Source: Treponema sp. UBA1747 (GTDB taxonomy: Bacteria; Spirochaetota; Spirochaetia; Treponematales; Treponemataceae). From it: a stretch of DNA of 64,000 bases. Below the pieces are notes generated by a model, which was not told the DNA's origin, did no database searches, and was given only the letters and a program-made list of their open reading frames with translations. Of this stretch, positions 1 to 10,244 are shown in pieces. The DNA lies in contig DCHR01000039.1 of NCBI GenBank assembly GCA_002315375.1, forward strand, positions 1,541-65,540, read 5' to 3'. The first letter of the stretch is position 1. Each line of letters starts with the position of its first letter. The position numbers were made by a program, and so were the translations under genes.

Positions 1-230
1 GCCAGTTCACTTTCTTCAAGACCTTCAGCACCATTGGTGAGAGCATAAGAAATTTCATCAATAACTGAAAGATTCTTTTCTGTTCCTTTAGCAGAAACAG
101 TTACAATCACTGCATATGCAATTACGGCAACAACAAGTGCACCAAGTACAGAAAAAAGAACAATTCTGTTTTTTTCAAGAAAACGATTCAATTTTTCTGA
201 AACACTTGTTTTTTCTTTAACATCTGACAT
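1..230 (-). CDS. Membrane-anchored protein, 3' end outside the window (possibly YfgM/TPR-like)
   Basis: ATG at 230 reads MSDVKEKTSVSEKLNRFLEKNRIVLFSVLGALVVAVIAYAVIVTV, one hydrophobic helix; the frame stays open to the window edge. Confidence 0.6.
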   Translation of the reverse strand, partial: MSDVKEKTSVSEKLNRFLEKNRIVLFSVLGALVVAVIAYAVIVTVSAKGTEKNLSVIDEISYALTNGAEGLEESEL

Positions 231-257
231 TTTATTACCTCGTTTTATCAATCATTA

Positions 258-1187
258 TCAGCGGATATGAAGCTCATTCAACAAACGGGAAACATAAGTT
301 CGCTGAAGACCAAGGACTTTTGCAGCCTGAGTCTGATTATTTCCATTTTCTTCAAGGATCTTTATAACATAATAACGTTTAAAAGAATCCAGCGCTGTTT
401 TCATTGTCTTGTCATCTCCAAGAGTCTGAAAAACAACAGAATTTGTGTCTTTCGAAACTGAATTGACAAACGGAAGATTTGACTCCGGAATAGTTTCAGT
501 TTCACACGAAGCTACGGCAAAATCAACAACTGATTTCAATTCGAAAATCCCGTTCTTCCAGAAGTGATTTTCGATCTTATCAAGTGCAGACTTTGTGAAG
601 CCTTCTACCTGTTTTCCGGAAACTGCATTTGCCATATCCAGAAGAACCCAGGTTAATGATTTTACCCCAGACTTAATCTCATTTATTGAAAGAATATTTG
701 TCTTCAACAAACCAAGTCTGAAAGCAAGTTTAGCGGAAAATTTTCCTTCTTCGGCAAGCTCATCAAGATTTTTATCAGTTCCGGCTGCAAGCAGGATTTT
801 TCTTTCTTCGAAAAAACCTTTTTCAATCAAACCAAGAAGTTCATCCTGAAAATCAAGCGAAAGACAATCAATATTATCCAGAAAAAAAACAGAATCAGAA
901 TCAAGAGTACTGATAACAGAAATAAGTTTATCAGAACCAGACTGTTTTACATTAAAATCTACAAATGACTTTAAGGTTTTGAATCTGAATAAAGCAACTG
1001 TTTCAAGAAAGACAGTTCGAAGCACCGGATCCTGCGAAACAACCAGAACACAAAGGTTCTGAGACGCAAAATCTTTTGCTATTCCGACTAATTCACCGAA
1101 ATAGGAATTATCATTTGCCAGAAAACCGATTCTCTTTAAGAATAAATTGTCTTTTTCTGTCATTCCCGGTAGTTTCCGCATAATCAC
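258..1187 (-). CDS. Degenerate sigma54-activator-like AAA protein with C-terminal Fis-type HTH
   Basis: FFLDNID (Walker B-like), FQDELL, GKFSAKLAFRL, HFWKNGIFELKSVV, C-terminal NGNNQTQAAKVLGLQRTYV. Confidence 0.7.
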   Translation of the reverse strand: MIMRKLPGMTEKDNLFLKRIGFLANDNSYFGELVGIAKDFASQNLCVLVVSQDPVLRTVFLETVALFRFKTLKSFVDFNVKQSGSDKLISVISTLDSDSVFFLDNIDCLSLDFQDELLGLIEKGFFEERKILLAAGTDKNLDELAEEGKFSAKLAFRLGLLKTNILSINEIKSGVKSLTWVLLDMANAVSGKQVEGFTKSALDKIENHFWKNGIFELKSVVDFAVASCETETIPESNLPFVNSVSKDTNSVVFQTLGDDKTMKTALDSFKRYYVIKILEENGNNQTQAAKVLGLQRTYVSRLLNELHIR

Positions 1188-1255
1188 AAAAAACGCATTG
1201 CAGTTCTATTAAAACATACAATGCGTTTTCTGCTTTTTTTATCTAAAGGTGTAAA

Positions 1256-2968
1256 TTATTCACTTTTAGAGTTGAGCAAATCTCCGATTGTAAAAGCACC
1301 GTCATCATCATTTCCAGAAGAAGACATGTACTGAGAGATTTCATCACGCTGCTGCTTTCTCTTGTATTCACGAACAGAGAATGCAACCTTTTCTTTTTCA
1401 ACATTTACGTCTACAACAAATACGTTGAGTTTGTCACCAACATTGTATTTTGTTACAGCTTCTTCAAAAGGAACGTCTTTGTCATCGCTAAGGTTAGCTT
1501 TGTTTACAAGACCTTCGATTCCGTTTGGAGCTTTTACAAAAAGACCAAAGTCTGTAATTGAAGTGATTTCACCTTCAAGTGTAGAACCTGGTTTGTATTC
1601 TTCAGCAAATGCCTTCCAAGGATCATCTGTAAGCTGTTTAAGACCAACACGGATTCTGTGCTGTTCTGGATCACATTCGATTACAACAGCTTCAACTTCC
1701 TGGTCAACTTTCAGTTCGCTTCCAGGATGCTTAACTTTCTTTGTCCATGAAATATCATCTGCATGGAGGAATCCGTCAATTCCGTCTGCGAGAGAAATGA
1801 AAGCACCAACATTTGTAAGTTTTACAACTTTACCAGCTACTTTTGTTCCAACTGCATATTTGTCAGCAATTGAATCCCATGGATTTTCTGTTGTCTGTTT
1901 GAGACCAAGTGAAACACGACCAGCCTGGATATCATAACCAAGGATCATTACTTCAACTTCCTGATCTTTTGCTACAACATCAGAAGGTTTGTTGATTTTC
2001 TTTGTCCAAGAGAATTCACTGATATGAACAAGACCTTCAATTCCTTCTTCCAGTTCAACAAAAGCACCGAAGTCTGTAAGTTTTGTTACTTTTCCTTTTA
2101 CAATGTCATTTACATTGTATTTTGTTTCAAAGTGCATCCATGGATCTTCAGAGAAATGTTTCAGAGAAAGATTAATTCTCTTTTCTGCTGGATCAAGACG
2201 GATAACTTTAAGTTCGATTTCCTGACCTTTTTTAACAAAGTCTTTTGGACGAGCAACATGTCCCCAGCTCATATCATTGATATGAAGAAGTCCGTCGAAT
2301 CCGCCCAGGTCGATGAAAGCACCGAAACTTGTAAATGATTTTACAGTTCCTTTTACTGAATCACCGATTTTTGCAGTGTTGAAGAAAGCATCACGTTTTT
2401 CGTTGATCTGTTCTTCAAGATACTTTCTGCGGTTAACCACAGGATTAAGTTTTTTATCAGAGTAAAGACGTTCGATATAGAATTTTGATTTTACACCGAG
2501 CAGACTTTCTGGTTTTTCTACTTTATCTGCATCTGACTGGCTGATTGGAAGGAATGCGGCACGTTCAATGCCCAAATCTACTTCGTAACCACTTTTTACT
2601 AATTTTACAATTACACCATCAACAGGTACACCGTCTTTGAAAGCCTGACTAACTTCTTTTGAGAAGCGTTTTGAATCTGCGCGTCTCTTAGAAAGAACAG
2701 GACCATTTTTATCATGACCTGTAAGCAATGCCTGAACTGTTTCGCCTTCTTTTGGCAGTTCGCCCATAAATTCCTGTACAGGAATCAAACCTTCAGACTT
2801 GTCTCCAATGTCTACGTAAACATAATCATTGGCAACTGATACAACGATTCCTTCTACAAGCTGTCCAGCCTGTGGTGCATTAAACTCCTTAAGTGATTCT
2901 TCTAACTGTGTCTGGAAAACATCTCTGGAGTTCTGAGAGTTTTCTTTTTCCACTTCCATTTCTTCCAT
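1256..2968 (-). CDS. rpsA: 30S ribosomal protein S1
   Basis: Six S1 repeats (FGAFIDLGGFDGLLHINDMSW, GIEGLVHISEFSW); lies downstream of cmk. Confidence 0.97.
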   Translation of the reverse strand: MEEMEVEKENSQNSRDVFQTQLEESLKEFNAPQAGQLVEGIVVSVANDYVYVDIGDKSEGLIPVQEFMGELPKEGETVQALLTGHDKNGPVLSKRRADSKRFSKEVSQAFKDGVPVDGVIVKLVKSGYEVDLGIERAAFLPISQSDADKVEKPESLLGVKSKFYIERLYSDKKLNPVVNRRKYLEEQINEKRDAFFNTAKIGDSVKGTVKSFTSFGAFIDLGGFDGLLHINDMSWGHVARPKDFVKKGQEIELKVIRLDPAEKRINLSLKHFSEDPWMHFETKYNVNDIVKGKVTKLTDFGAFVELEEGIEGLVHISEFSWTKKINKPSDVVAKDQEVEVMILGYDIQAGRVSLGLKQTTENPWDSIADKYAVGTKVAGKVVKLTNVGAFISLADGIDGFLHADDISWTKKVKHPGSELKVDQEVEAVVIECDPEQHRIRVGLKQLTDDPWKAFAEEYKPGSTLEGEITSITDFGLFVKAPNGIEGLVNKANLSDDKDVPFEEAVTKYNVGDKLNVFVVDVNVEKEKVAFSVREYKRKQQRDEISQYMSSSGNDDDGAFTIGDLLNSKSE

Positions 2969-2983
2969 TGTAAACCCTTTATG

Positions 2984-3625
2984 TTATGAAATTTGTTTAA
3001 ATATTATCTCACAAACCTGCTCTATCGTCAAGTTTGAAGTATCGATATAGATTGCATCGGGAGCGATTTTCAGACTGCCCTCTGCCTTGTTTTTATCTAT
3101 TTCATCACGTTTTCTGATAGATTCTTTGATTTCTTCAAGGGAAAGTTTTGAAACTCCCTGGTCAAATCGGCGCTGAGCCTGAACATCAAGGCTTGCGTCC
3201 AGATAAAACTTATATTCAGCATCAGGAAATACTACAGTTGTCATATCGCGGCCTTCACAGACAATTGAAAGGCTTTTTGTTATTTCCCGCATAACCTCGT
3301 TTACGTAATGACGGATTTCAACATTTGCTGAAACAGGAGATGCATTTGCTGAAATACGGTCATCATGGAGGTGATCATTTACATCTACTCCATTGAGAAT
3401 AAGGCGGGAATTAACGTATTCCAGTTTCTGTTTTCTTGCAAAGTCAGCTGCCAGCTTCTGGTCTGAAAAATTGATATTGTTATCCAGAATGGCCATGGTC
3501 AAGGCTCTGTAAAAACTGCCTGAATTCAAATTCGTAATATTAAAATGTTCAGCTACACGTGAAGCGATTGTTGATTTTCCGGTTCCTGCTGGTCCGTCAA
3601 TTGCAATAATCATATATTCCTCCAA
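2984..3625 (-). CDS. cmk: Cytidylate kinase
   Basis: IAIDGPAGTGKST P-loop, EGRDMTTVVFPDA; cmk-rpsA synteny. Confidence 0.96.
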   Translation of the reverse strand: MEEYMIIAIDGPAGTGKSTIASRVAEHFNITNLNSGSFYRALTMAILDNNINFSDQKLAADFARKQKLEYVNSRLILNGVDVNDHLHDDRISANASPVSANVEIRHYVNEVMREITKSLSIVCEGRDMTTVVFPDAEYKFYLDASLDVQAQRRFDQGVSKLSLEEIKESIRKRDEIDKNKAEGSLKIAPDAIYIDTSNLTIEQVCEIIFKQIS

Positions 3626-3663
3626 TTTCAGGGGTTCCGTTCATCACCCCTTTATTTTCCTGT

Positions 3664-5556
3664 TTAATTTTCTGAAAGGGCATTGAATATGGAATCCACA
3701 TCCAGACCTGCCTCTTTCAAAACATCATTTCTGGTTCCATGGGAATAGAATTTCTCAGAAAATGCAAGAATCTTGGTATTTCTGAAGTCATTCTTCAAAA
3801 GGAAAGTTTCAAGATATTCTGAAATTCCTCCTGTTTTTACCCCGTCTTCCACAAAAATTACTTCATTATAGCGGAAAGCAAGTTCCTTGAAATAATTTTC
3901 ATCCAGCGGTTTTATAAAGCGCATTACAAAAATATCAGCAAAGCCGCCTTTTTCGATATATTTAAGAGCAGCATCCTTTACTTCCGAATACATACCGCCT
4001 GTTGTGACAATAAGTTTTCTAACATTCCCTGAAGAATAATCCGTTTCACTGATTTTAGAAAAATCAGTTGCTGAAACCAGGATTCCTTTTCCAATATTTA
4101 CAGGCTGGCGGAATACATCAAGTTCTTCCGGACAGGCCAGTTTAGGATAACGTATAAAAACAGCTGTTGTTGCCTGATTTACTGCCCAGCGGAGACATAA
4201 ATGCAGATCCACATCACTGACAGGGCTCAGAATTACTGCATCCGGTACAGGACGGAACAAAGCAATATCAAAAATTCCCTGATGAGTTGCTCCGTCTCCG
4301 GGAACAGCGCCGGCTCTGTCCAGAACAAAAACACCATGAAGCTTCTGAAGTGAAATATCATGAAGAATCTGGTCCACGGAACGCTGGATGAAAGTTGAAT
4401 AAATGCAGCAGACAGGTATCATTCCGCCTTTTGCAAGGCCTCCGGCAAAAGTTACGGCATGTTCTTCCGCAATACCAACATCAAAAAAGCGTTTCGGGAA
4501 CTTTCTTTCAAATTTTGAAAGTCCGGTTCCTTTTGCCATTGCGGCGGTTATTGCAACAATTTTTTCGTTTTTCCGGCCAAGACTTACTATGGAATTACTG
4601 AAGCTATCGGTAAAAGTAAGTCTGCTGCTTCCAGAACATTCCCCTGTTTCAGTATCAAAAGGACCTACTCCATGGAAATTTTCGGGATTTGATTCTGCCG
4701 GTTCATATCCCTTCCCTTTTTTAGTAACTACATGTACAACAACAGGTCGGTGAAGTTTTTTTACACGGCGCAAAACCTGTTCAAGATTGTTTTCATTATG
4801 TCCGTTCAAAGGCCCCACATATTCAAAGCCCAAATCAACAAAAAGATTATTTGTAAGCATAAGACCTTTTATTGAACGTTTGAAACGGAAAATGATTTTT
4901 TCGAGTGCTTTGTTAATGTATGGAATTCTATCCACAGCCCGGTCTATTTTGTACCGGAAGGACTGATAACGTGCAGAAACTGTAAGTCGTGAAAGATAAC
5001 GGGAAACTGAACCAGTATTGTGATCGATAGACATCTGGTTATCATTCAGAACAACAATCAGGTTTTTGGAAAGCTGACCTGCATGTTCCAGACCTTCAAA
5101 AGCCAGTCCTCCGGTTAATGCGCCGTCTCCAATAACGGCAACGACCTTTCCTTCGTGCCCGGTCTGTTCCCAGGCAGTCAGAAGACCGAGAGAAGATGAA
5201 ATTGAAGTTGAAGCATGCCCGCTTGTAAAAAAGTCATGTTCACTTTCTTCGACATTTGTAAATCCGGAAAGACCTTCGCAGGTTCTTATGGAATCGAAAT
5301 CTGAATACCGGCCCGTAAGAAGTTTGTGTGCATAGCACTGATGACTTACATCAAAAACAATTGCATCCTGGGGAGTCTGAAAAACCCGGTGAAGAGCAAG
5401 AGTTAATTCGACGGCGCCCAGATTACTTGCCAGGTGTCCGCCATTATGACCAACTACAGAAATAATTTCTTCGCGGAGTTCTGCAGCCAGTTTTGGAATC
5501 TCTTTTTGAGGAATTTTCTTTACATCTTCAGGTGAACTGATTTTTTCCAGATACAT
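3664..5556 (-). CDS. dxs: 1-deoxy-D-xylulose-5-phosphate synthase
   Basis: GGHLASNLG, GDGALTGG TPP motif, LNDNQMSI, DVGIAEEHA, DRAG, GATHQG. Confidence 0.96.
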   Translation of the reverse strand: MYLEKISSPEDVKKIPQKEIPKLAAELREEIISVVGHNGGHLASNLGAVELTLALHRVFQTPQDAIVFDVSHQCYAHKLLTGRYSDFDSIRTCEGLSGFTNVEESEHDFFTSGHASTSISSSLGLLTAWEQTGHEGKVVAVIGDGALTGGLAFEGLEHAGQLSKNLIVVLNDNQMSIDHNTGSVSRYLSRLTVSARYQSFRYKIDRAVDRIPYINKALEKIIFRFKRSIKGLMLTNNLFVDLGFEYVGPLNGHNENNLEQVLRRVKKLHRPVVVHVVTKKGKGYEPAESNPENFHGVGPFDTETGECSGSSRLTFTDSFSNSIVSLGRKNEKIVAITAAMAKGTGLSKFERKFPKRFFDVGIAEEHAVTFAGGLAKGGMIPVCCIYSTFIQRSVDQILHDISLQKLHGVFVLDRAGAVPGDGATHQGIFDIALFRPVPDAVILSPVSDVDLHLCLRWAVNQATTAVFIRYPKLACPEELDVFRQPVNIGKGILVSATDFSKISETDYSSGNVRKLIVTTGGMYSEVKDAALKYIEKGGFADIFVMRFIKPLDENYFKELAFRYNEVIFVEDGVKTGGISEYLETFLLKNDFRNTKILAFSEKFYSHGTRNDVLKEAGLDVDSIFNALSEN

Positions 5557-5567
5557 AATGACTCACT

Positions 5568-5612
5568 AAAAAAAAAGACCGCGTAAGCCATTGTGTGACT
5601 TTCACGGTCTTA
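5568..5612 (-). terminator. Intrinsic terminator after the small basic ORF
   Basis: AAGACCG...CGGTCTT stem followed by a T-run on the minus strand. Confidence 0.55.
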
Positions 5613-5635
5613 TTTGACACCACAACGGTCACAAA

Positions 5636-5722
5636 TTATTTCTTGTGTCTGTTGCGTCTAAGCATCTTCTTACGCTTATGTGTGGCCATCTTCTGGCGCT
5701 TTCTTTTCTTACCACAAGGCAT
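5636..5722 (-). CDS. 28-aa Arg/Lys-rich protein, AURKAIP1/COX24 (bS22/mS38-like) family; absent from the ORF track
   Basis: MPCGKKRKRQKMATHKRKKMLRRNRHKK with AAGGAG SD at 5731-5736. Confidence 0.85.
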   Translation of the reverse strand: MPCGKKRKRQKMATHKRKKMLRRNRHKK

Positions 5723-5795
5723 GAATAGAGCTCCTTAATTAAAATAACTTTATAAAGTGAAAATATTATCTCACAAATTAAAAATCAGGTCAATA

Positions 5796-6038
5796 CTAAC
5801 CATTTTTTTTGAAAAGTTTGGAAAGAGCAGTAACGGCAGTTGGATTCGGTTCTGAAGGAGCAAGGGCCGCCTTGTTTTCTTCCTGAATGGCATCAAAAAC
5901 TTCCTGGCGGAAAACCTTTACATGCTTTGGAGCTTCAACACCGATTTTTACCTGGTCTCCCTGTACACTGATAATTGTCAGTGTAATGTCATTCCCGATT
6001 TTTATTTTCTCATCGATTTTGCGGGCGAGAATAAGCAT
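5796..6038 (-). CDS. csrA: Carbon storage regulator CsrA
   Basis: [15 protein letters not shown]...[18 protein letters not shown]; coupled to fliW. Confidence 0.96.
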   Translation of the reverse strand: MLILARKIDEKIKIGNDITLTIISVQGDQVKIGVEAPKHVKVFRQEVFDAIQEENKAALAPSEPNPTAVTALSKLFKKNG

Positions 6039-6484
6039 TAGTTTCCTCCCCCATTTTCCTGAAGCATTCTCATAATATCAACTTTTGTGGACCAGCGGTT
6101 ATCACTCAAAATAACCTGCATACAGTCTCTTGTATTTTTATTGATAACCAGAGGTCCTGCAAAGTTTGCTGTAATCGGAGAACCGCTTGATGGAACTGTC
6201 ACAATAGTCATGATGATAATGTCTTCCGGTTTTTCGATTCCGATTTTTTTCAGAGATTCATCATCTATATCAGTTTCATAACTGGAACAAATCAGAAAAG
6301 GATCTACAATAAGGAATGATACATCAATACTGTCTGTACTCTGCAGCCAGATGAAAGGATCATACTCAGAATCAATCAATGCATATTTTGTATAATCTTC
6401 AAACCCGAAGATTCCTTCAGGTATATTAAGGATGTGATCTTCAGATACTTCAACCATTCCTTTTGATTTTGTGTTTACTGTCAT
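6038..6484 (-). CDS. fliW: Flagellar assembly factor FliW
   Basis: [29 protein letters not shown]; flgK-flgL-fliW-csrA order. Confidence 0.94.
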   Translation of the reverse strand: MTVNTKSKGMVEVSEDHILNIPEGIFGFEDYTKYALIDSEYDPFIWLQSTDSIDVSFLIVDPFLICSSYETDIDDESLKKIGIEKPEDIIIMTIVTVPSSGSPITANFAGPLVINKNTRDCMQVILSDNRWSTKVDIMRMLQENGGGN

Positions 6485-6576
6485 ATAAAAATCCTTGTGT
6501 ACAGATTATATTCCGCTTATTGCGGATTTATTTATACAGGCATATCCTGTTTTGTGTTCCGGGGTCTGTCCCCTTT

Positions 6577-7821
6577 TTATTTCATATAATTCAAAAGTGT
6601 ACTTGAATACATTTTTCCGGCCTGACTCAAAGTAGCCTGGTTTGCGTAATCAAGCATTTTCAAATCTGTAATTGCTTTTGTGTAATCAAGATCACCTTCA
6701 CGGGAAATCTGCTGAGTTACATCGAGAGCAAGCTTTGAAGAACGCTGAACATTCATCTGGGCTCTTTCATATTCACTTCCGCTTTTTGCAAGACGGTTTA
6801 CAAGAGAACCGATTCCCATATCAAGTGAACCAAGAACTCTGCCACCGATTGATTCATTGTCTCCTGCAAGAAGAGCATTTCTGAAGGCAATTACTGTATC
6901 GAACATTGAACCGCCGGCAACACGAACACCCTTTGCGAAATTGTATGGTGGTTTCTGTGAAGCATCATTTACAATTCCAAGTTCATTCATTGCAGATCCA
7001 TTAACATCGCTAACCCACAACTGTCTTGCATCTGTTGTTGCGAGATTAAGACTGTTTGTTACAGGGTCAATACTTGCCTTTACTGCAGCATTACTGTTAT
7101 TGATTTTTGAAACAAGTGCATAGGCATTGTCACCGGCAGAAACTTTGATTTCCACTCCGTCAATGGAAATAACGCTGTCTCCTGAAGCCTGCCATGAAGA
7201 AACATCACGGGCTCCGTAAACCTGCTGGTTTTCTGCCCAGAAAGTTTTGTTTCCGGCATTATCATTTGCCATGTATTTATGCTCGTCAATTTCAATCATG
7301 TTTACATCGATGTTACCGTTGTATTTTACGTTCTGAACAAGTGGAACACCTGAACCTTCAACATTTCCCATTTCAATTTCAAAAGCAGTAGCCTTTGTGT
7401 TGGTTCCTGCAAAAAGTGCATTACCGTCAGAGCTTACCGCATTTGCATTCTGAACAAGCTGAGCCAGAAGTTCATCAACTTCAGTTGCCATATTTGAAAG
7501 GTCTTCTTTTGTATAGATTCCGTTGGCGCCAGTTACAGCCAGTTCACGAATTCTCTGCATAATGTCCAGGGAATCCTGCATGTATCCTTCACGGAGAGCA
7601 AATTCGTCTGTTAAAGTTGCTGCATTTTTTTCAAACTGATTAACACGATTTTTGAAAGATTCGTAACGAACAAGATGTCCGGCAGCAAGAGGATCATCGC
7701 GAAGGCGCTGGATTTTCTGCTGGCTTCCGATCTGGTTGTTTATTTTATTCATGCGGCCTTCCTGAAGTCTCAGGTTAGCCTGTGTATCGTTATTGTACAT
7801 TTTTGAACTAATTCTCTGCAT
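6577..7821 (-). CDS. flgL: Flagellar hook-associated protein 3
   Basis: Flagellin-like N- and C-termini ([15 protein letters not shown]); follows flgK. Confidence 0.93.
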   Translation of the reverse strand: MQRISSKMYNNDTQANLRLQEGRMNKINNQIGSQQKIQRLRDDPLAAGHLVRYESFKNRVNQFEKNAATLTDEFALREGYMQDSLDIMQRIRELAVTGANGIYTKEDLSNMATEVDELLAQLVQNANAVSSDGNALFAGTNTKATAFEIEMGNVEGSGVPLVQNVKYNGNIDVNMIEIDEHKYMANDNAGNKTFWAENQQVYGARDVSSWQASGDSVISIDGVEIKVSAGDNAYALVSKINNSNAAVKASIDPVTNSLNLATTDARQLWVSDVNGSAMNELGIVNDASQKPPYNFAKGVRVAGGSMFDTVIAFRNALLAGDNESIGGRVLGSLDMGIGSLVNRLAKSGSEYERAQMNVQRSSKLALDVTQQISREGDLDYTKAITDLKMLDYANQATLSQAGKMYSSTLLNYMK

Positions 7822-7852
7822 TTTAAGCCTCCAGTTTATTCCTTAAATTATA

Positions 7853-9724
7853 TTAAACACCCAGACGGTTGATGATTGTATCAACCAGGTTATCCCATAC
7901 AGTTATGAATTTCGCAGCAGCAGCATAGCCGTGCTGGAACTTCATGATTTCTGCAAGTTCTTCATCAATATTTACACCGCTGATTGAATCACGGGTATTT
8001 CTAAGATCTTCCATAATTGAAGACTGGCTCAGGTGATTCATTTCAGCCTGTTCGCCTTTAAGACCAACATTTGTAACTGAATCAGCAAAGAAATCATCCA
8101 GAGTTCTTTCTGAACCAATCATTATTTTTGTATTTCTGATCGAAGCAATTTCAACTGCTGCACGACCGTCACCTGCATTTACATTTCCATTAGGATCAAT
8201 GAAAGCAGCACCTACACTGAGAACATCATTTACAAGGGCCTTGTTTACTGCAACATAAGCCGAGGGATTTGCTACAGGGCTTACAGCGAACTGTCCACCA
8301 GCCAGTGCCTCAACTGCATCTGCCTGTGCAAAGTCATAGGCATTTTCTTCGCCGATTCCATTAAGGATTCCTGAGTAACCTGCAAGGAAGAATCCTGAAT
8401 CTTCAACATGGCGTATAACAAAATCAGGATTTTCCATAGCCTGTGAAGTAGTTGCTTTAAGTACCAGACGATTATTGCGGTCCAGATAAGCTTTTACTTC
8501 TGAAGTTGAATCGTTGATGCGGTTGATAACTGTTTCAACTGTATCTGTTGCGTGGTAAGCAATCTGAACATTTCCAGAAGCTCCGTTCAGAGTCATAACA
8601 CCTTCAAGTCCAACCTGTTCTGTAAGTGTCAGAGCATTTGTTCCTGTGAAGCGGAAAATGTAAGAAGAATCAAGTTCTCCGTCACCGTTACGGTCGAAGT
8701 TACCGTTAGCGTTTTCTACGAAATCGTGCTGAACAAAGAAATCAAGTCCTGTTACTTTATTTGCACCGCTTGCATTGCGGTGAACATCGTTTACCAGGTC
8801 GCTGAAGTTCATTGTCATTGTATTCAGAGACTGGATTTCATTGCGTACATCAACATCACGGAGTTCAATCAGAGCACCCAGCTTTCCGCCTTTGAAAGTT
8901 GCATCAAGGTCTGTATCTGCCCAAACAACTTTGTTAAGACCTGAATCATCCTGACGGGTTTCAAGAGCAAATTCACGGGCAATGTGTCCCTGAACCAGAA
9001 TCTGACCGTCAACATGAATCATAAATTCATCAGGGTCTCTTGTATCACGGGTAATATTTATAAGCTGCGAAAGTTTGTCTACAAGAAGGTCACGGCGGTC
9101 AAGAAGATCGTTAGGATTGTCTCCAAGGCCGCGACTTTCAACAATCTGGTCGTTTGTAGCAGCAATCTGACGTGCAAGGTCATTTACCTGACGAACTGTT
9201 GCTTCGATATCTGAATTAAGGATATTCTGGATTCCTTCCAGACTTTCCCATCTCTGGTTGATTGAATCAGTAAGGGTCTGTCCCCTTGTTACAATTGCCT
9301 GGCGTGCAGCCTGGCTTTCAGGATTCATAGCCAGTTCCTGCCATCCTTCCCAGAATTTATCCATATTCGAACGGATAGAGATGTCATATGGTTCGTTATA
9401 AATCTGTTCCAGCATTGTGTAATAATCAGATCTTGTTCCCCAGTAAGTTTCCTGGTTTGCCTGTGAAACAATGCGTGTATCAAGAAATTCATCACGAAGG
9501 CGTTCAACAGACTGTGCATCAACTCCCTGACCGATAAGTCCGGGACGTTCAGGACGGCTTAAATCAGGTTTGTAGAGAGGATCAAATTCCTTGATTTTTA
9601 CTCTCTGACGAGAATACCCTTCTGTATTTGCGTTTGAAATATTGTGACCTGCAGTTGTGATGGCATCTGTATTTGCCATGATGCTGCGTTTACCAAGTTC
9701 GATTCCAGAAAATGTTGATCCCAT
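7853..9724 (-). CDS. flgK: Flagellar hook-associated protein 1
   Basis: GHNISNANTEGYSRQRV, NDLLDRRD, SGVNIDEE. Confidence 0.96.
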   Translation of the reverse strand: MGSTFSGIELGKRSIMANTDAITTAGHNISNANTEGYSRQRVKIKEFDPLYKPDLSRPERPGLIGQGVDAQSVERLRDEFLDTRIVSQANQETYWGTRSDYYTMLEQIYNEPYDISIRSNMDKFWEGWQELAMNPESQAARQAIVTRGQTLTDSINQRWESLEGIQNILNSDIEATVRQVNDLARQIAATNDQIVESRGLGDNPNDLLDRRDLLVDKLSQLINITRDTRDPDEFMIHVDGQILVQGHIAREFALETRQDDSGLNKVVWADTDLDATFKGGKLGALIELRDVDVRNEIQSLNTMTMNFSDLVNDVHRNASGANKVTGLDFFVQHDFVENANGNFDRNGDGELDSSYIFRFTGTNALTLTEQVGLEGVMTLNGASGNVQIAYHATDTVETVINRINDSTSEVKAYLDRNNRLVLKATTSQAMENPDFVIRHVEDSGFFLAGYSGILNGIGEENAYDFAQADAVEALAGGQFAVSPVANPSAYVAVNKALVNDVLSVGAAFIDPNGNVNAGDGRAAVEIASIRNTKIMIGSERTLDDFFADSVTNVGLKGEQAEMNHLSQSSIMEDLRNTRDSISGVNIDEELAEIMKFQHGYAAAAKFITVWDNLVDTIINRLGV

Positions 9725-9739
9725 ATTATTCCACCTTCC

Positions 9740-10168
9740 TTAAAGATTTGCGCTGACAAGAACGCTTACCGGCTGCTTCTGAACAATCTGTCCATAGCGT
9801 GAATAAGTCTTGGCTGAAGCTTTATCAATAACCCCGTTTATAAAACCACGTGTTATAGCGATGTAATCATTCAAAACCTTGTTTTCAATTTTTGACTGTG
9901 CAAGTTTTGTGCGGAGAAGAGAAAGTTTTTTGGAGAATTGTTTTACTTCGGCAGAGGTCATTTCGTTCTGCAGGGCATCCCGTTCAGAATCAATGCGTGA
10001 AAAAGCATCTGAAGCTTCATTCATTTCATTAATCAAAGATGTAAGCTTTTCCCAGTTCTTTTCCAGAACGGCTGAGCGAAGTTTTTTCTGAATTTCTGAA
10101 ATATTGGAAATAATTACTTCTTCATTTCCAAGGATGATTTCAAACTGACTGATCTGATCTGCTGTCAT
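9740..10168 (-). CDS. flgN: FlgN-like flagellar export chaperone
   Basis: Helical 142-aa protein directly upstream of flgK with a C-terminal TYSRYG motif; assigned mostly by synteny. Confidence 0.6.
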   Translation of the reverse strand: MTADQISQFEIILGNEEVIISNISEIQKKLRSAVLEKNWEKLTSLINEMNEASDAFSRIDSERDALQNEMTSAEVKQFSKKLSLLRTKLAQSKIENKVLNDYIAITRGFINGVIDKASAKTYSRYGQIVQKQPVSVLVSANL

Positions 10169-10200
10169 TTAAATACTCCAATAGTAGTCTTCTATTACGA

Positions 10201-10227
10201 GTATCGGTGAGAAAAAAACTTAGTTTA
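10201..10227 (-). promoter_or_regulatory. sigma28 (FliA) promoter of flgN-flgK-flgL-fliW-csrA
   Basis: Minus strand TAAA-N15-ACCGATAC. Confidence 0.75.
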
Positions 10228-10244
10228 GTATTTTTTTGATTTTT

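Noticed and set aside
1362-1937. Long antisense ORFs (also 13946-14473, 17620-18135, 58130-58732)
   Set aside because: Shadow frames of well-supported genes with no independent protein motifs
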